Shown here: positions 9,085-19,003 of the stretch, piece by piece
Layout: each line of letters starts with the position of its first letter
Numbering within the stretch: position 1 is the stretch's first letter
Assembly (NCBI GenBank): GCA_018304465.1
Contig: JAGVWC010000010.1
Span: 127,211-191,210 of the forward strand
Origin: Candidatus Iainarchaeum sp.
GTDB lineage: Archaea; Iainarchaeota; Iainarchaeia; Iainarchaeales; JAGVWC01
Direction: 5' to 3'
DNA length: 64,000 bases
Translations under genes and position numbers: made by a program
The notes under the pieces: model-generated
Seen by the model: the letters and a program-made list of their open reading frames with translations, nothing else
Told to the model about the DNA's origin: nothing
Databases searched by the model: none

Positions 9085-10386
9085 TTATTTGATGTGCTTT
9101 TGTCCCCACGTATCCAACGCGGCCTGTAACTGCGGATGAAACCGCGCGTAATCCGAAAGCGAAACTTTTTCCATTGCCGCCGAAACCGCTTGTCTTGCCG
9201 CCAACGCGCCGTCATGACTGCCGTTCGGATGACCATGGATTCCGCCGCCAATCTGAATGCAAATCTCAGACCCCAACAGGTTCATGACTTCCGGAACGTT
9301 TCCGGGGTGCAGTCCGCCGCTTGAAACCGGGATCACGTCTTTCATTTTTCCCCAGTCCTGACCCAGCAACCGCAAAGACGAATTGGCTTTCACGATTTGT
9401 TTTTGCATGGCGTTTGAAATCGCGAGCACTTCGGGTTTTGTTCCCGCCAGTTTTCCGATTCCCGTTCCCACATGAATGTTATCGGCACCGATCAAACGAG
9501 CGCTTTTGGCAATCACGTACATGGAAACCCCGTGCCGCGGATTCCGCGTAAACGCCGAATGAAACGCGCGATGACAATACAACGCAAGCCCCAAATCATC
9601 GCATTCTTTCCGCAATCCTTGAACCGCGCTCCAGCCCGCCGTTAACAAATCCACCATCACATACGGATTGCCATACTCGGCCACCACGTGGGCGCGCTGG
9701 TACAATTCTTTTCCCGGCGCCGTCACGTTCAGCAAACACGCCTTGGCTTCGCCGGTCATTTTTTCGGCTTTTTCGGCTTCTTTCATACACCATTTCACGC
9801 GATCCGAAAACCGGTTAAACGGCTGGCTTGTGAGGTTTTCGTCGTCCTTTAACAAATCCACGCCGCCGCTCCACACGTCAAACCCGATTTTGGCGTGTTC
9901 TTTGGATGTCATTCCGATTTTTGGTTTTGGAACGCACGCAAGCAACGGCCGCTTTTTAATTTTCATTCGTTTTCGAACGCCTTTCATTCCAAACTGCGGA
10001 CCCGGAAAACTATTCAAGATTTTTGCCGGCCATTTCACGTCTTCCACACGAATGTTTTCAACCGCTTTCATGCCCATAATGTTTCCGGCAATGGCCGAAT
10101 AAATCTGGGAGATGTTTCCCGCTTCGAAATTATCCAACGGATACGCGACTTGAATAAAATTGCCTTGGATATCAAACACGGTGGCCGCGATTTTCTGCAC
10201 TTGCTTTAAACCAAGCCCTTTTACTTCGGTCCAGGTTCCCACGCTGGATTCTGCCGCAACCGCGCCTGCCGCACGTTTGATAGATTCGCCTTTCATCGGT
10301 TCGATGTAAAACAAACAAACCAATTCGTCTTTGCCGGGTTTGTGGGACAAATTCACGAAATTTTCATAGACTTCTTTGAACGCCAT
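9085..10386 (-). CDS. rbcL: Ribulose-1,5-bisphosphate carboxylase/oxygenase large subunit, form III (or II/III) type
   Basis: GGVDLLKDDENLTSQPF matches the RuBisCO GGLDFxKDDEN motif, and KxKxG (KPKIGM) is present. The track ORF begins at 10470, but the conserved N-terminus starts at MAFKEVYENFV (ATG at 10386), giving ~434 aa. Confidence 0.85.
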   Translation of the reverse strand: MAFKEVYENFVNLSHKPGKDELVCLFYIEPMKGESIKRAAGAVAAESSVGTWTEVKGLGLKQVQKIAATVFDIQGNFIQVAYPLDNFEAGNISQIYSAIAGNIMGMKAVENIRVEDVKWPAKILNSFPGPQFGMKGVRKRMKIKKRPLLACVPKPKIGMTSKEHAKIGFDVWSGGVDLLKDDENLTSQPFNRFSDRVKWCMKEAEKAEKMTGEAKACLLNVTAPGKELYQRAHVVAEYGNPYVMVDLLTAGWSAVQGLRKECDDLGLALYCHRAFHSAFTRNPRHGVSMYVIAKSARLIGADNIHVGTGIGKLAGTKPEVLAISNAMQKQIVKANSSLRLLGQDWGKMKDVIPVSSGGLHPGNVPEVMNLLGSEICIQIGGGIHGHPNGSHDGALAARQAVSAAMEKVSLSDYARFHPQLQAALDTWGQKHIK

Positions 10387-10466
10387 GCAAAAATAACACC
10401 CGCCAAAAATAAAAACGCTTCGGAAAACAAAACGCAGACCAAAAATCGCGCAGTATCCGAAAAAAA

Positions 10467-11258
10467 TCACGCGATAGAAACGAACGGAACGCTTTGGCGT
10501 CGAACCGCGATAAACGCCTCGACGTTACGCAAAAACTTCACGCCAAAATACAGCACCAGCCACACTCCGAAAATATTATGGATATTCATCAGCGAAGAAA
10601 TGCCAAACGCGAGAAAAACTGACGGAACAAACCACATTCCGTGACGCATAGCCCGCTCAGTCACGCGAGTGGATGTTCGGACGGAAGAAACCAATTGTAA
10701 AAATGCGAGCCCAATTGCCAGCCAATCCCTTAAAATCGCCCAAAAAAAAGGAATGTAAATCAGCGAAATCAGCAAAGCCACTACAGTGCTTAATGCGGGA
10801 GATTTTATCGACTGCAAAAAACCGCCGACAAATCCCAGGGCATGCACGAATAAAAACTCGTTTAGTAAAATCAAAAACATCAGCAATTCCAGGGAACTCG
10901 GAAGAAGATTATTCGCAAAAACCGAAATCACTCCAAGCAACACCAAAAACAAACTGTACGCATGCCCCCACAACAAAAGCGGAACCGGCGTCTTTTGAAT
11001 ATCCGGATACTCGGCAACAGGAATCTTTGACAACCACAAACCCGCCAGGACAAAAGGCAACAGAAAAAGCCACATGAAAACCGGAAACCCCTCACCCCCA
11101 TAAAAGCCCGAGGACTCCAAACCAATATTGCTTTGCCCCAAGACCGTCGCAAAGACTGAACAAAAACAAACAAAAAACACGATTTCCCGAAAACGCACAA
11201 GCATCCAACACATGATTCTTTTTATGCATAAAAACGTTTGGATTTCAAAAAACCCCAA
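10467..11258 (-). CDS. Hypothetical polytopic membrane protein
   Basis: 263-aa ORF with about 7 hydrophobic helices; no recognisable motif; start uncertain. Confidence 0.4.
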   Translation of the reverse strand: MGFFEIQTFLCIKRIMCWMLVRFREIVFFVCFCSVFATVLGQSNIGLESSGFYGGEGFPVFMWLFLLPFVLAGLWLSKIPVAEYPDIQKTPVPLLLWGHAYSLFLVLLGVISVFANNLLPSSLELLMFLILLNEFLFVHALGFVGGFLQSIKSPALSTVVALLISLIYIPFFWAILRDWLAIGLAFLQLVSSVRTSTRVTERAMRHGMWFVPSVFLAFGISSLMNIHNIFGVWLVLYFGVKFLRNVEAFIAVRRQSVPFVSIA

Positions 11259-11341
11259 AACGGGTAATTTGGGTATTTTTAAAAGCCTTTAGGGGGCAAA
11301 TAGTTCATGAAACCTTTTTCTTTTACTTTGGGGGAATTGAT

Positions 11342-12031
11342 TTGAAACTGCTTTTAGTCCGAAATGCCGAAACCTTGTGGAACAAGGAAAAACGCCTGCA
11401 CGGGTACCAAGACAGCCCGATGACGGAAACCGGCCAACAACAAATGAAAACGCTTGCAAGCATCCTGGAAAACGAATCCATCGACGTGGTGTATTCAAGC
11501 GATCTCGGACGCGCGATTGACACCGCCAAACAAATCGTTTCCCATCACCAGGAGCTTGAAATCCAAAAACGCAGGGAACTACGCGAACGAAGCCACGGAA
11601 TCGCCGAAGGAAAAACCCAACACGACGTATTCGAAGAATACCCCAAGCTCCAGCAAGAACGCCTCAAAAACAAATACACGTACAAGAACCCCAAAGGCGA
11701 AAGCTATATCGACGCCGAACAACGCTTGCGACCCTTTATCGAAGAACTCAAACAAAAACACTTTTCTCACACCGTGCTGCTCGTTAGCCACGCCGGAATC
11801 AACCGCATCATCATCGGCGTACTATCCGGTTTAACCCCGGATGAAACCATGGCCATCGACCAGCCGCACGACGTTGTATACGTCATCGACAACGCGGATA
11901 CCGCGCCGGAAATTTCACGAATGAACCAAACCGGGATCGAAAAAGGAATTCTTCGACGCGAACACCTCAAGAAACCGTCTTTTGAAGAAGAAGAATCCGA
12001 AAACGTGGAACTCGAAGACGACTGGGTCTAA
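11342..12031 (+). CDS. Histidine phosphatase superfamily (phosphoglycerate-mutase-like) protein with a non-canonical catalytic motif
   Basis: LLLVRNAETLWN aligns to the canonical LVRHGETxWN, with RHG replaced by RNA; the downstream SHAG (canonical SHG) is retained. Acidic C-terminal tail. Confidence 0.65.
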   Translation: MKLLLVRNAETLWNKEKRLHGYQDSPMTETGQQQMKTLASILENESIDVVYSSDLGRAIDTAKQIVSHHQELEIQKRRELRERSHGIAEGKTQHDVFEEYPKLQQERLKNKYTYKNPKGESYIDAEQRLRPFIEELKQKHFSHTVLLVSHAGINRIIIGVLSGLTPDETMAIDQPHDVVYVIDNADTAPEISRMNQTGIEKGILRREHLKKPSFEEEESENVELEDDWV

Positions 12032-12034
12032 ACC

Positions 12035-12997
12035 CTAAAACAACGGGCCCATTCCCGCGTTCACCCATTCTTCGAAAAAAAGCTCGACCACCAAAAAAAT
12101 AACGTACAACAACACCAGTCCCGCGCCTTCTTTTTTTCCGATTTGCGTCCGACTGGAAAACAACAACGCCACGAGCAAGAGCATCAGCACCATCCACGTG
12201 CCGGTCACGATTCCAAGCACCGGTTGCACCAGACGAATCGGAGAAACAATCGCGATCAAACCGATCGTCAACAAACAATCCGCGACCACGTTGCCGAACA
12301 CGTCCCCAAAACCAAGTTCTGCGTGCTCGGAACGCGCCGATTCCAACGCAAGCGAAAGTTCCGGAAGACACGTGCCGATCGCGACGATTGTTCCGACGAA
12401 AAAAACCGGCAACGCCAAGGCCACGCTCAAACCGTTCGCGGTTTCCGAAATCACCCCGCCCATCAACAGAATAATCAACAACAAAAAAAGAACCGCCAAC
12501 ACGTCGCTCCAAACCTCGGAACTGATCTTTTTTTCGCCATGAAGTTTCGAACCCGTTGAATGCAACACGAACCACACGTACAACAAAAACGCGCCCACCA
12601 AAATCACGCCGTCAAAACGCGAAATCTCACCGTCAAGCAACAGCAACACGGGCAACAGAACCGCCAAAAACATCATGCGAATCAAACCCGCGGTTTCCTT
12701 GTGCAACCGCAAACTCGCCGAAGACAACGCCACCAAACCCAGCACCAAACTCAAATCCGCGACGTTTGAACCAAAAACGATTCCAAGGCCCAATTGAGAA
12801 CTCTGACTCAAAGCGGACTCCAACCCGATCACAAGCTCGGGAATAATGGACACGCCGCCGACCACCAAAAAACTGATGGAAAACTCGGACAAACCGAAAT
12901 GCCGCGACAAATTCACAAGCCGGCGAATCATGCGCCGCGCGGTTTCGGACAACACCAAAAACGCGAGAAAAATCACGCCAAGTTCAACAAAAACCAT
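12035..12997 (-). CDS. Ca2+/cation antiporter (CaCA family, YrbG-like)
   Basis: Two alpha-repeat motifs, SIIPELVIGLESA and GTCLPELSLALESA; 10 TM helices. The track ORF starts at 13081, but that would overlap the Kef gene by 65 nt, so the ATG at 12997 (MVFVELGV...) is preferred. Confidence 0.75.
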   Translation of the reverse strand: MVFVELGVIFLAFLVLSETARRMIRRLVNLSRHFGLSEFSISFLVVGGVSIIPELVIGLESALSQSSQLGLGIVFGSNVADLSLVLGLVALSSASLRLHKETAGLIRMMFLAVLLPVLLLLDGEISRFDGVILVGAFLLYVWFVLHSTGSKLHGEKKISSEVWSDVLAVLFLLLIILLMGGVISETANGLSVALALPVFFVGTIVAIGTCLPELSLALESARSEHAELGFGDVFGNVVADCLLTIGLIAIVSPIRLVQPVLGIVTGTWMVLMLLLVALLFSSRTQIGKKEGAGLVLLYVIFLVVELFFEEWVNAGMGPLF

Positions 12998-13016
12998 GGT
13001 TTCACCGAAAAAAAAA

Positions 13017-14708
13017 TCAATTTTGTTTTGAAAGACCCAAAAAACGCTGTTCAAGCCCAAACGAAGGCTTTTCGCCGGCAAGCACCCGGCGGATTTCCTG
13101 CAAACAATAATTGCTCGCCATAACTTGCGGCAAAATCACGCGATCCGCGCCCGCGTCATACAACTCGATCGCTTCCGACAATTTGTGGGCGCGCGCAAAA
13201 ATCGTCAAACCCGAATTTCTTTTTCTTGCGAACATCACCATGTTCAACGCGGTGCGATGATCCGGAATCGTGACCACCAAAATCGCGGCTTTTTCGAACC
13301 CCACTTTGTCCAGCACAGTGACGTTGTTGCGGGAAGAATAAATCGACGGGATTTTCCGGCGAATCATTTTTTGCACGATGTCAGGATCCTGTTCGATCAC
13401 CAGTACTTTTTGGGTTTGAGCCACGGCGTCCACGATTTGCTCCCCAAAAACGCCCGCGCCCGCGACGATCACGTGATCAAACAACAATTCGTCGTGCGGC
13501 ACCTGCTGATACTCTTTGACGTTCCGCTCGAAAAAACCCATATGCGGTTTTAAGCCCTTGAAGTGCTTGACCAAGGCATCGTGCAATCGACGGTTTAAAC
13601 GAATCATGTACGGCGTCGCGATCATGGAAAGCAAAATCACCCACACCGCGGCATCAAACGTGGCCTGAGACAACTGCCCCAATTCCAAGCCTTGGCTTGC
13701 GATGATAAACGAAAACTCGGACGCCTGAAACAACGTCAAACCAATCGTCAAACCCGTCTGCAAACCGAATCCCTGAAAAAGCGAAATTCCGATAAAAATC
13801 AAGGGATTCAACAAAAACACAACCAAGAGCAACACGAAAAAAAGCGGGGTGAAGACGAGCGCTTTCATTTGCAGTCCCAAAGCGACGAAAAAAACCGTTC
13901 CGAATAAATCCCGGATATAATGCACGCTGTTTTGCGCTTCCAGGTTAAACGGAATCCTTCCCAATGCCAATCCACCGATAAACGCGCCGACCGCGAGCGG
14001 AAACGAAAGATGATTCGACAAAAAAATGAATACGAAACAACTCGAAATCGTGGTCAGAAAAAAAATCTCCTGACTCTTGGCGGCTTCGGTCGTTACCCGC
14101 GGAAACACCCATTTGGCGAGCACAAAACCTGTGGCCACAAGCAAAGCAAAACCGGACAACAATTGGAAAAAAACCGCCGGAGAAAAAATCGTCGAAGGAT
14201 TCGCAAGCAACGGCAGCAAAATCACCGCAAGCAAGTCCTGGACCAACGCGTAACCAATAATCATTTTTCCTTCCAACGAATTCAATTGCTTTGAATCCGT
14301 CAAAATCTTGATCGCGATCACGGAACTCGAAAACGCGACAATCAAACCCAAATACACGGATTCCAAAAAAGTCAATCCAAGCAACGGCAAACCGATTCCG
14401 ACAATCCCAGCCGTAATCAACACTTGCGCGACCCCGCCTAAAATAATCGGTTTTTTGAACCGCGTCAGTTTTGAAAAATCGATTTCCATTCCAATGGCAA
14501 ACAACAAAAACGCGATCCCTAACTCCGACAAAACCGAAATAACCGAATAATCACTGATCAGTTTCAAAGCCAGCGGACCAATAGCCAGACCCGCCAAAAT
14601 GTATCCAGCCAGCAAAGGCTGTTTAAGCTCGCGGGCGATAAAACCGAACAAGGTGCCGGCAACCAACACGAGTCCCAAATCGTATAACAAGGTCAATTCC
14701 TGGACCAT
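13017..14708 (-). CDS. Monovalent cation:proton antiporter (CPA2, Kef-type) fused to a C-terminal RCK/TrkA-N domain
   Basis: N-terminal Kef-like TM domain (MVQELTLLYDLGLVLVAGTLFG...), then a Rossmann GxGxxG segment VIVAGAGVFGEQIVDAV. Confidence 0.85.
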   Translation of the reverse strand: MVQELTLLYDLGLVLVAGTLFGFIARELKQPLLAGYILAGLAIGPLALKLISDYSVISVLSELGIAFLLFAIGMEIDFSKLTRFKKPIILGGVAQVLITAGIVGIGLPLLGLTFLESVYLGLIVAFSSSVIAIKILTDSKQLNSLEGKMIIGYALVQDLLAVILLPLLANPSTIFSPAVFFQLLSGFALLVATGFVLAKWVFPRVTTEAAKSQEIFFLTTISSCFVFIFLSNHLSFPLAVGAFIGGLALGRIPFNLEAQNSVHYIRDLFGTVFFVALGLQMKALVFTPLFFVLLLVVFLLNPLIFIGISLFQGFGLQTGLTIGLTLFQASEFSFIIASQGLELGQLSQATFDAAVWVILLSMIATPYMIRLNRRLHDALVKHFKGLKPHMGFFERNVKEYQQVPHDELLFDHVIVAGAGVFGEQIVDAVAQTQKVLVIEQDPDIVQKMIRRKIPSIYSSRNNVTVLDKVGFEKAAILVVTIPDHRTALNMVMFARKRNSGLTIFARAHKLSEAIELYDAGADRVILPQVMASNYCLQEIRRVLAGEKPSFGLEQRFLGLSKQN

Positions 14709-14745
14709 GATAAAGAAACAAAACCGGAATTATTAAAGATTTGGA

Positions 14746-16158
14746 TTACGACCCGGTTTTTTTCCACGTGGTTCCCTGGGACGTGTCCATTAATTCGATT
14801 CCCGCGTTTAACAATTGTTTTCGGATATCGTCGGCTTCCGACCATTTTTTTTGCTTTCGCATTTCCTCGCGTTTGCGAATCAAATCCAAAAGCTTCGGAT
14901 CCAAGGCGTCCGCTTGTTTTTTTTCGAAGGAAAACACACCTAATACGTTGTCGATGCGATGAAAACCGTCAAGAATCAGTTTGGCATCGCTTTCGCTTAA
15001 CCCGTTTTCTTCCAAAAGCAAATTCGTTTTCCGCACCAGTTCGTTCAATCCGACCAATGCTTTCGGCACGTTCAAATCGTCATCCAAACCCATTTCGAAT
15101 CTTTCAAGGGCATCCGAAATCATCTTCGGCACGTTCGGGTTTGATTTTTTGGAACCCGTAACCGAAAGAAGCCGCCGGATGGATTCGTTGATTTTTCCCA
15201 GTCGATCCTGGGTTTTTCTGACTTCTTCGAACGAAAAATTCGCGGTTTTCCGGTAATGATTCGAAATCAACACGAACCGAATTGCCATCGGATCAAACGA
15301 TTTGAGATCTTCGAGCGTGAAAAAATTTCCCTTGCTTTTGGACATTTTTTCGCCGTTCACGAGCAAATGCTTGGCGTGCAACCAATACTTGACAAACGGC
15401 CGGCCGGTCGCCGCTTCCGATTGCGCGATTTCGTTTTCATGATGCGGAAACATGTTGTCGATTCCACCGGTATGAATGTCAAACGACTCGCCCAGGAACT
15501 TCATCGACATCGCGGAGCACTCGATATGCCAACCGGGACGCCCTTTTCCAAGCGGCGTTTCCCAAAAAACGTTTCCGTCGGATTCGTCATACGCTTTCCA
15601 CAACGCGAAATCATGGGCTTCCTGTTTTTCATACTCGTCTTGCTTGACACGCGCGCCTTCCTTCAATTTTTTGATCTTGAATTTCGAGAGTTTACCATAC
15701 CCCGGAAACTCGGAAATCTTGAAATAAATGCTTTTGTCCGCGGCCCGATAGGCGAGACCTTCGTCGAGCAGTTTTTGCACGAGGCTGACCATTTCGGGAA
15801 CATGCTCTGTTGCGGAAGGATAAAAATTCGCCGGCACCACATTCAAGGTTTTTAAATTATGAAAAAAAACCGCTTTGTAACGCGCGGTAAAATCGTTTAA
15901 CGGAATTCCTTCGACGCGACTGCCCCGAATCGTCTTGTCATCCACATCCGTCAAGTTCATGACATGCGTGACTTTAAACCCCTTCAAACGCAAATACCGG
16001 ACCAGGATATCTTCCCATACGAACGTGCGAAAATTCCCGATGTGCGGCGCATTGTACACCGTCGGACCGCACGTATAAATCCCGACTTTTTTGTTTTCAA
16101 TCGGAGAAAACGTTTCCAGTTTTCGGGTAAGCGTATTGAAAAACGTAAGCATACCCAA
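14746..16158 (-). CDS. cysS: Cysteinyl-tRNA synthetase
   Basis: HIGH motif CGPTVYNAPHIGN, KMSKS motif KMSKSKGN, zinc-binding Cys, 470 aa. Confidence 0.9.
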   Translation of the reverse strand: MGMLTFFNTLTRKLETFSPIENKKVGIYTCGPTVYNAPHIGNFRTFVWEDILVRYLRLKGFKVTHVMNLTDVDDKTIRGSRVEGIPLNDFTARYKAVFFHNLKTLNVVPANFYPSATEHVPEMVSLVQKLLDEGLAYRAADKSIYFKISEFPGYGKLSKFKIKKLKEGARVKQDEYEKQEAHDFALWKAYDESDGNVFWETPLGKGRPGWHIECSAMSMKFLGESFDIHTGGIDNMFPHHENEIAQSEAATGRPFVKYWLHAKHLLVNGEKMSKSKGNFFTLEDLKSFDPMAIRFVLISNHYRKTANFSFEEVRKTQDRLGKINESIRRLLSVTGSKKSNPNVPKMISDALERFEMGLDDDLNVPKALVGLNELVRKTNLLLEENGLSESDAKLILDGFHRIDNVLGVFSFEKKQADALDPKLLDLIRKREEMRKQKKWSEADDIRKQLLNAGIELMDTSQGTTWKKTGS

Positions 16159-16171
16159 AACCCAACACCGA

Positions 16172-16204
16172 CAAAATAAAAAAGGGAAGCGGCAAAGCCG
16201 CCGT
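16172..16204 (-). terminator. Hairpin plus oligo-T terminator-like element downstream of the 16213..16539 gene
   Basis: Minus strand reads GGCGGCTTTGCCGC hairpin followed by TTCCCTTTTTTATTTT. Confidence 0.3.
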
Positions 16205-16212
16205 CAAAACAC

Positions 16213-16539
16213 TCAGATTCCTTCGGGAATAATCGGCGGCCGCTCGTCGGTTAACAAGGAATAATAGGCGTAAAACCGCAGGTTATAGACCATCGCCAAG
16301 GTCATCAGTCGCGAAAAAAGCGAAAACCGTTTTCCAAGCACCAACACGGAAAAAAACGTGACAATCCACGAAATTCCGGCAAGCACTTGCAATACCCAGG
16401 TTACAATGAGCAACGGAATCCAATACACCAATCGCACCAACAATTCCAGGCGCGACGCTTTTTCGATTGACTCGACTTTTAACGAAACCGAATGCAAAAC
16501 AGATTCCCCCTGATGCGCAAAGAAGGCATAAAAAGGCAT
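16213..16539 (-). CDS. Small hypothetical membrane protein
   Basis: 108 aa with three hydrophobic helices. Confidence 0.35.
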   Translation of the reverse strand: MPFYAFFAHQGESVLHSVSLKVESIEKASRLELLVRLVYWIPLLIVTWVLQVLAGISWIVTFFSVLVLGKRFSLFSRLMTLAMVYNLRFYAYYSLLTDERPPIIPEGI

Positions 16540-16557
16540 AAAAAAAGAATAAACGGA

Positions 16558-16761
16558 TTATTTATCCTTGGTTCCCCACCAAAACCGTTTGTCGTGCTTT
16601 TTTTCCGCGACTTCTTTTTCAATATCTTCTTTGGTTTGCCGTTCGCGCACCCCGTAAATATGGCTCATGCGTTCGGCGTCTTTGACGCTTTGGCAATCTT
16701 CACACAACCCGCTTTTCAAATTGCGTTTTTCACCGCATTTTTTACAAAAATCATAGACCAT
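16558..16761 (-). CDS. Small zinc-ribbon protein
   Basis: CKKCGEKRNLKSGLCEDC (CxxC...CxxC). The long track ORF (to 16935) is probably over-extended; the ATG at 16761 gives ~67 aa. Confidence 0.3.
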   Translation of the reverse strand: MVYDFCKKCGEKRNLKSGLCEDCQSVKDAERMSHIYGVRERQTKEDIEKEVAEKKHDKRFWWGTKDK

Positions 16762-16822
16762 GAACAAACACCTATACATTCTGGTCCAAGGCGAAATAAA
16801 AAGATATGGGTGAAAAAAAGCT

Positions 16823-17272
16823 TCAGCGCAGTTTTGGCACGTCTTTGGGCTTTGAAGGCGAATTGGAAGAAGACGATTTTGGCGCCAAAACCTCAAGCAA
16901 ACCGTTCTTAAACGAAATTTTCGCTTTTTGAGCATTCACGGGGTGCGGCAAAGGCACCTGGCGAAAAAACTGCTGGCTTGAAAACTCCGAATACACGACT
17001 TCATGGTCCGATTTCGTTTTTGCGGTTCTAACGTTTCCCCGAATCGAAACCGACTGATCCGAAAGCGACACCTTCAAATCCTTCTTGTCGATTCCAGGCA
17101 ATTCCGCATGAATACGAATCGCCAACGGTTCCTCCGAAATCGAAATCGCCGGAACCCGAAAATCCATTTTTTTCAAATCCGTCGGCAAAGGCAGCGAAAA
17201 CACGTCGCTTCCCGAAAGCCAGTTCCACGGCTTTTTTTTTCCGAACGGGTCCAGTTCAATCAAATCGCGCAA
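16823..17272 (-). CDS. Hsp20/alpha-crystallin family small heat-shock protein
   Basis: Alpha-crystallin domain with a G-x-L motif near the C-terminus (KNGLLEVLAPK); 149 aa. Confidence 0.8.
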   Translation of the reverse strand: MRDLIELDPFGKKKPWNWLSGSDVFSLPLPTDLKKMDFRVPAISISEEPLAIRIHAELPGIDKKDLKVSLSDQSVSIRGNVRTAKTKSDHEVVYSEFSSQQFFRQVPLPHPVNAQKAKISFKNGLLEVLAPKSSSSNSPSKPKDVPKLR

Positions 17273-17287
17273 AACTTTTTCACCAAC

Positions 17288-17932
17288 TCAGAAAGACACA
17301 ATGACCGCGGAAAGATTCAGCCAAATCAACAACGCGGCCGCCCACACGACCAGCTTGGTCAACAAACGGCTTTTTGGAAGCATGTCGGACACCAAAAAAA
17401 ACAAAATCAACAATGCAAGACCCGCAAGCAAAATTCCAAACGCAAACAAACCAAGCCCCCACGCCGGTGAAAAAGACGAGTTCGCCAACGCAACGGCCAA
17501 TTGTTTTCCCGCTTCCTCAGCAGACACCACGCCAGTCGCCATGGTTTTAACGGCGTCCAATACTTGCGAACCCAAACTCAAAACAAACACGATTCCAATC
17601 AAGGTCACGATCAAAGCCAACACCCAGATCAACGAAGCCGCCGAAAGAATACCCGAAAAACGCCCCGCGACTTCTTTTCCGCGCACCAAATACGCCAGAA
17701 TATAAATCACGATTCCAAGCACAATCCAGTTCGCCACGCCTTTAAAGAGGTTCACGACCACCAGCAAAAAATTGATTGGAAACCCAAGCAAAAGCATGAC
17801 CAAAAACGCGATCAAGGTCGGCAACAACACCAAAAAAAATCCAAGTCCCACATCGGGTTTGTCCAAACCGGACTGAACCGCTTTTAAGGGATGCAAAACA
17901 TTCAGTTCCATACAGATACCAAGTAGGCTCAT
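17288..17932 (-). CDS. Hypothetical polytopic membrane protein
   Basis: 214 aa, five to six TM helices. Confidence 0.45.
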   Translation of the reverse strand: MSLLGICMELNVLHPLKAVQSGLDKPDVGLGFFLVLLPTLIAFLVMLLLGFPINFLLVVVNLFKGVANWIVLGIVIYILAYLVRGKEVAGRFSGILSAASLIWVLALIVTLIGIVFVLSLGSQVLDAVKTMATGVVSAEEAGKQLAVALANSSFSPAWGLGLFAFGILLAGLALLILFFLVSDMLPKSRLLTKLVVWAAALLIWLNLSAVIVSF

Positions 17933-17968
17933 CCCATATATAAAGATATTTCGAATCCGAAAAAACGG

Positions 17969-18499
17969 TTATCGCGTTGGTTTTCGACGATTCAACAACC
18001 CGTCCCATCGCAAGGATTCAAGTTCCATTACGAGCTGGAAAAATTTTCCTGGATTTGACGACGCCTCCAAAAACAACGGACGCATTTCATGCAACTCGTT
18101 GCGAGCCCCGTCTTTTGAAGCCGTTTCCAGCCGGCCCACCAGCCGGTCCACTTCGGTTTTGAAACCGTTTCCATTAAGTGCGGCCGACAACAACCGCGTC
18201 TTGGCCTCCAACAACGGCTCTTTTTCGAGTATTTCTTTGGGCGGACGCTCGGCCCCCAAATACCATCCGTTATGCATCACCAAGCGCAAAAGCGGGGCAC
18301 CGAACCGATCTTCAAAAAACGCCAGCTGGTTCCGCGACAAAAAAAAACCGCGTTCCCGCGAAACCCGAAACCCGGATTTTCCATACGACGACTTGTGAAA
18401 AACCGGCTTTGGAAACGGATCATTGGGCCCGGTTTTTTTTCCGAACGAAAACGAGGAAACGGGTTTTCGAACAGGCTTTTTCATTACAACAAGAAACAA
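17969..18499 (-). CDS. Hypothetical protein
   Basis: 176-aa ORF with no recognisable motif. Confidence 0.35.
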   Translation of the reverse strand: MFLVVMKKPVRKPVSSFSFGKKTGPNDPFPKPVFHKSSYGKSGFRVSRERGFFLSRNQLAFFEDRFGAPLLRLVMHNGWYLGAERPPKEILEKEPLLEAKTRLLSAALNGNGFKTEVDRLVGRLETASKDGARNELHEMRPLFLEASSNPGKFFQLVMELESLRWDGLLNRRKPTR

Positions 18500-18567
18500 T
18501 TCTGAATATATTAAACTTGCGGTGCCCGACCCCCATTCTTAAAGTACCCTTTTGTTGTTGTATTGTC

Positions 18568-19002
18568 ATGACGACAAAGAAAAAAATCCGGGTGCTTGGT
18601 TTTGGCACTTTTGATTTGCTTCACGCCGGTCACTTGTCTTATTTGACCCAAGCCAAAAAACTCGGAGACGAATTATTCGTCATCGTGGCCCGCGACTCGA
18701 ACGTCAAACAATTCAAAGGATTTTTTCCCGTTCACAACGAAAAAACGCGGCTCGCCTTGGTGCAAAACCTTAAAATGGTGGACCACGCGACACTTGGCGA
18801 CAAAAAAGATTTTTTTTCCAAAATCAAAAAACTCGCACCCGCCGTCATCGCGCAAGGATACGATCAATGGCCCGGCAAAAAAGAACTTGAAAAAATGCTG
18901 GTCGAACACGCCATCCCCGCCAAAGTCGTGCGCATGAAACCATTCCGAAAAGAACACCACAAAACAACGATCATCAAAGAACGAATCAAACGGGAATATT
19001 GA
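18568..19002 (+). CDS. Cytidylyltransferase-family nucleotidyltransferase, probable archaeal FAD synthase (RibL-like)
   Basis: (H/T)xGH motif GTFDLLHAGH near the N-terminus, ~144 aa. The upstream part of the track ORF (18178-18567) is antisense to 17969..18499 and judged spurious. Confidence 0.7.
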   Translation: MTTKKKIRVLGFGTFDLLHAGHLSYLTQAKKLGDELFVIVARDSNVKQFKGFFPVHNEKTRLALVQNLKMVDHATLGDKKDFFSKIKKLAPAVIAQGYDQWPGKKELEKMLVEHAIPAKVVRMKPFRKEHHKTTIIKERIKREY

Positions 19003-19003
19003 C

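Noticed and set aside
12143-12846. Several + strand ORFs (138, 114, 96 aa) rich in Arg/Gln/His/Thr
   Set aside because: Antisense to the CaCA antiporter gene with clear alpha-repeat motifs.
18178-18567. 5' extension of the track ORF 18178..19002
   Set aside because: The upstream 130 codons are antisense to ORF 17969..18499. The nucleotidyltransferase homology begins only at the ATG at 18568.
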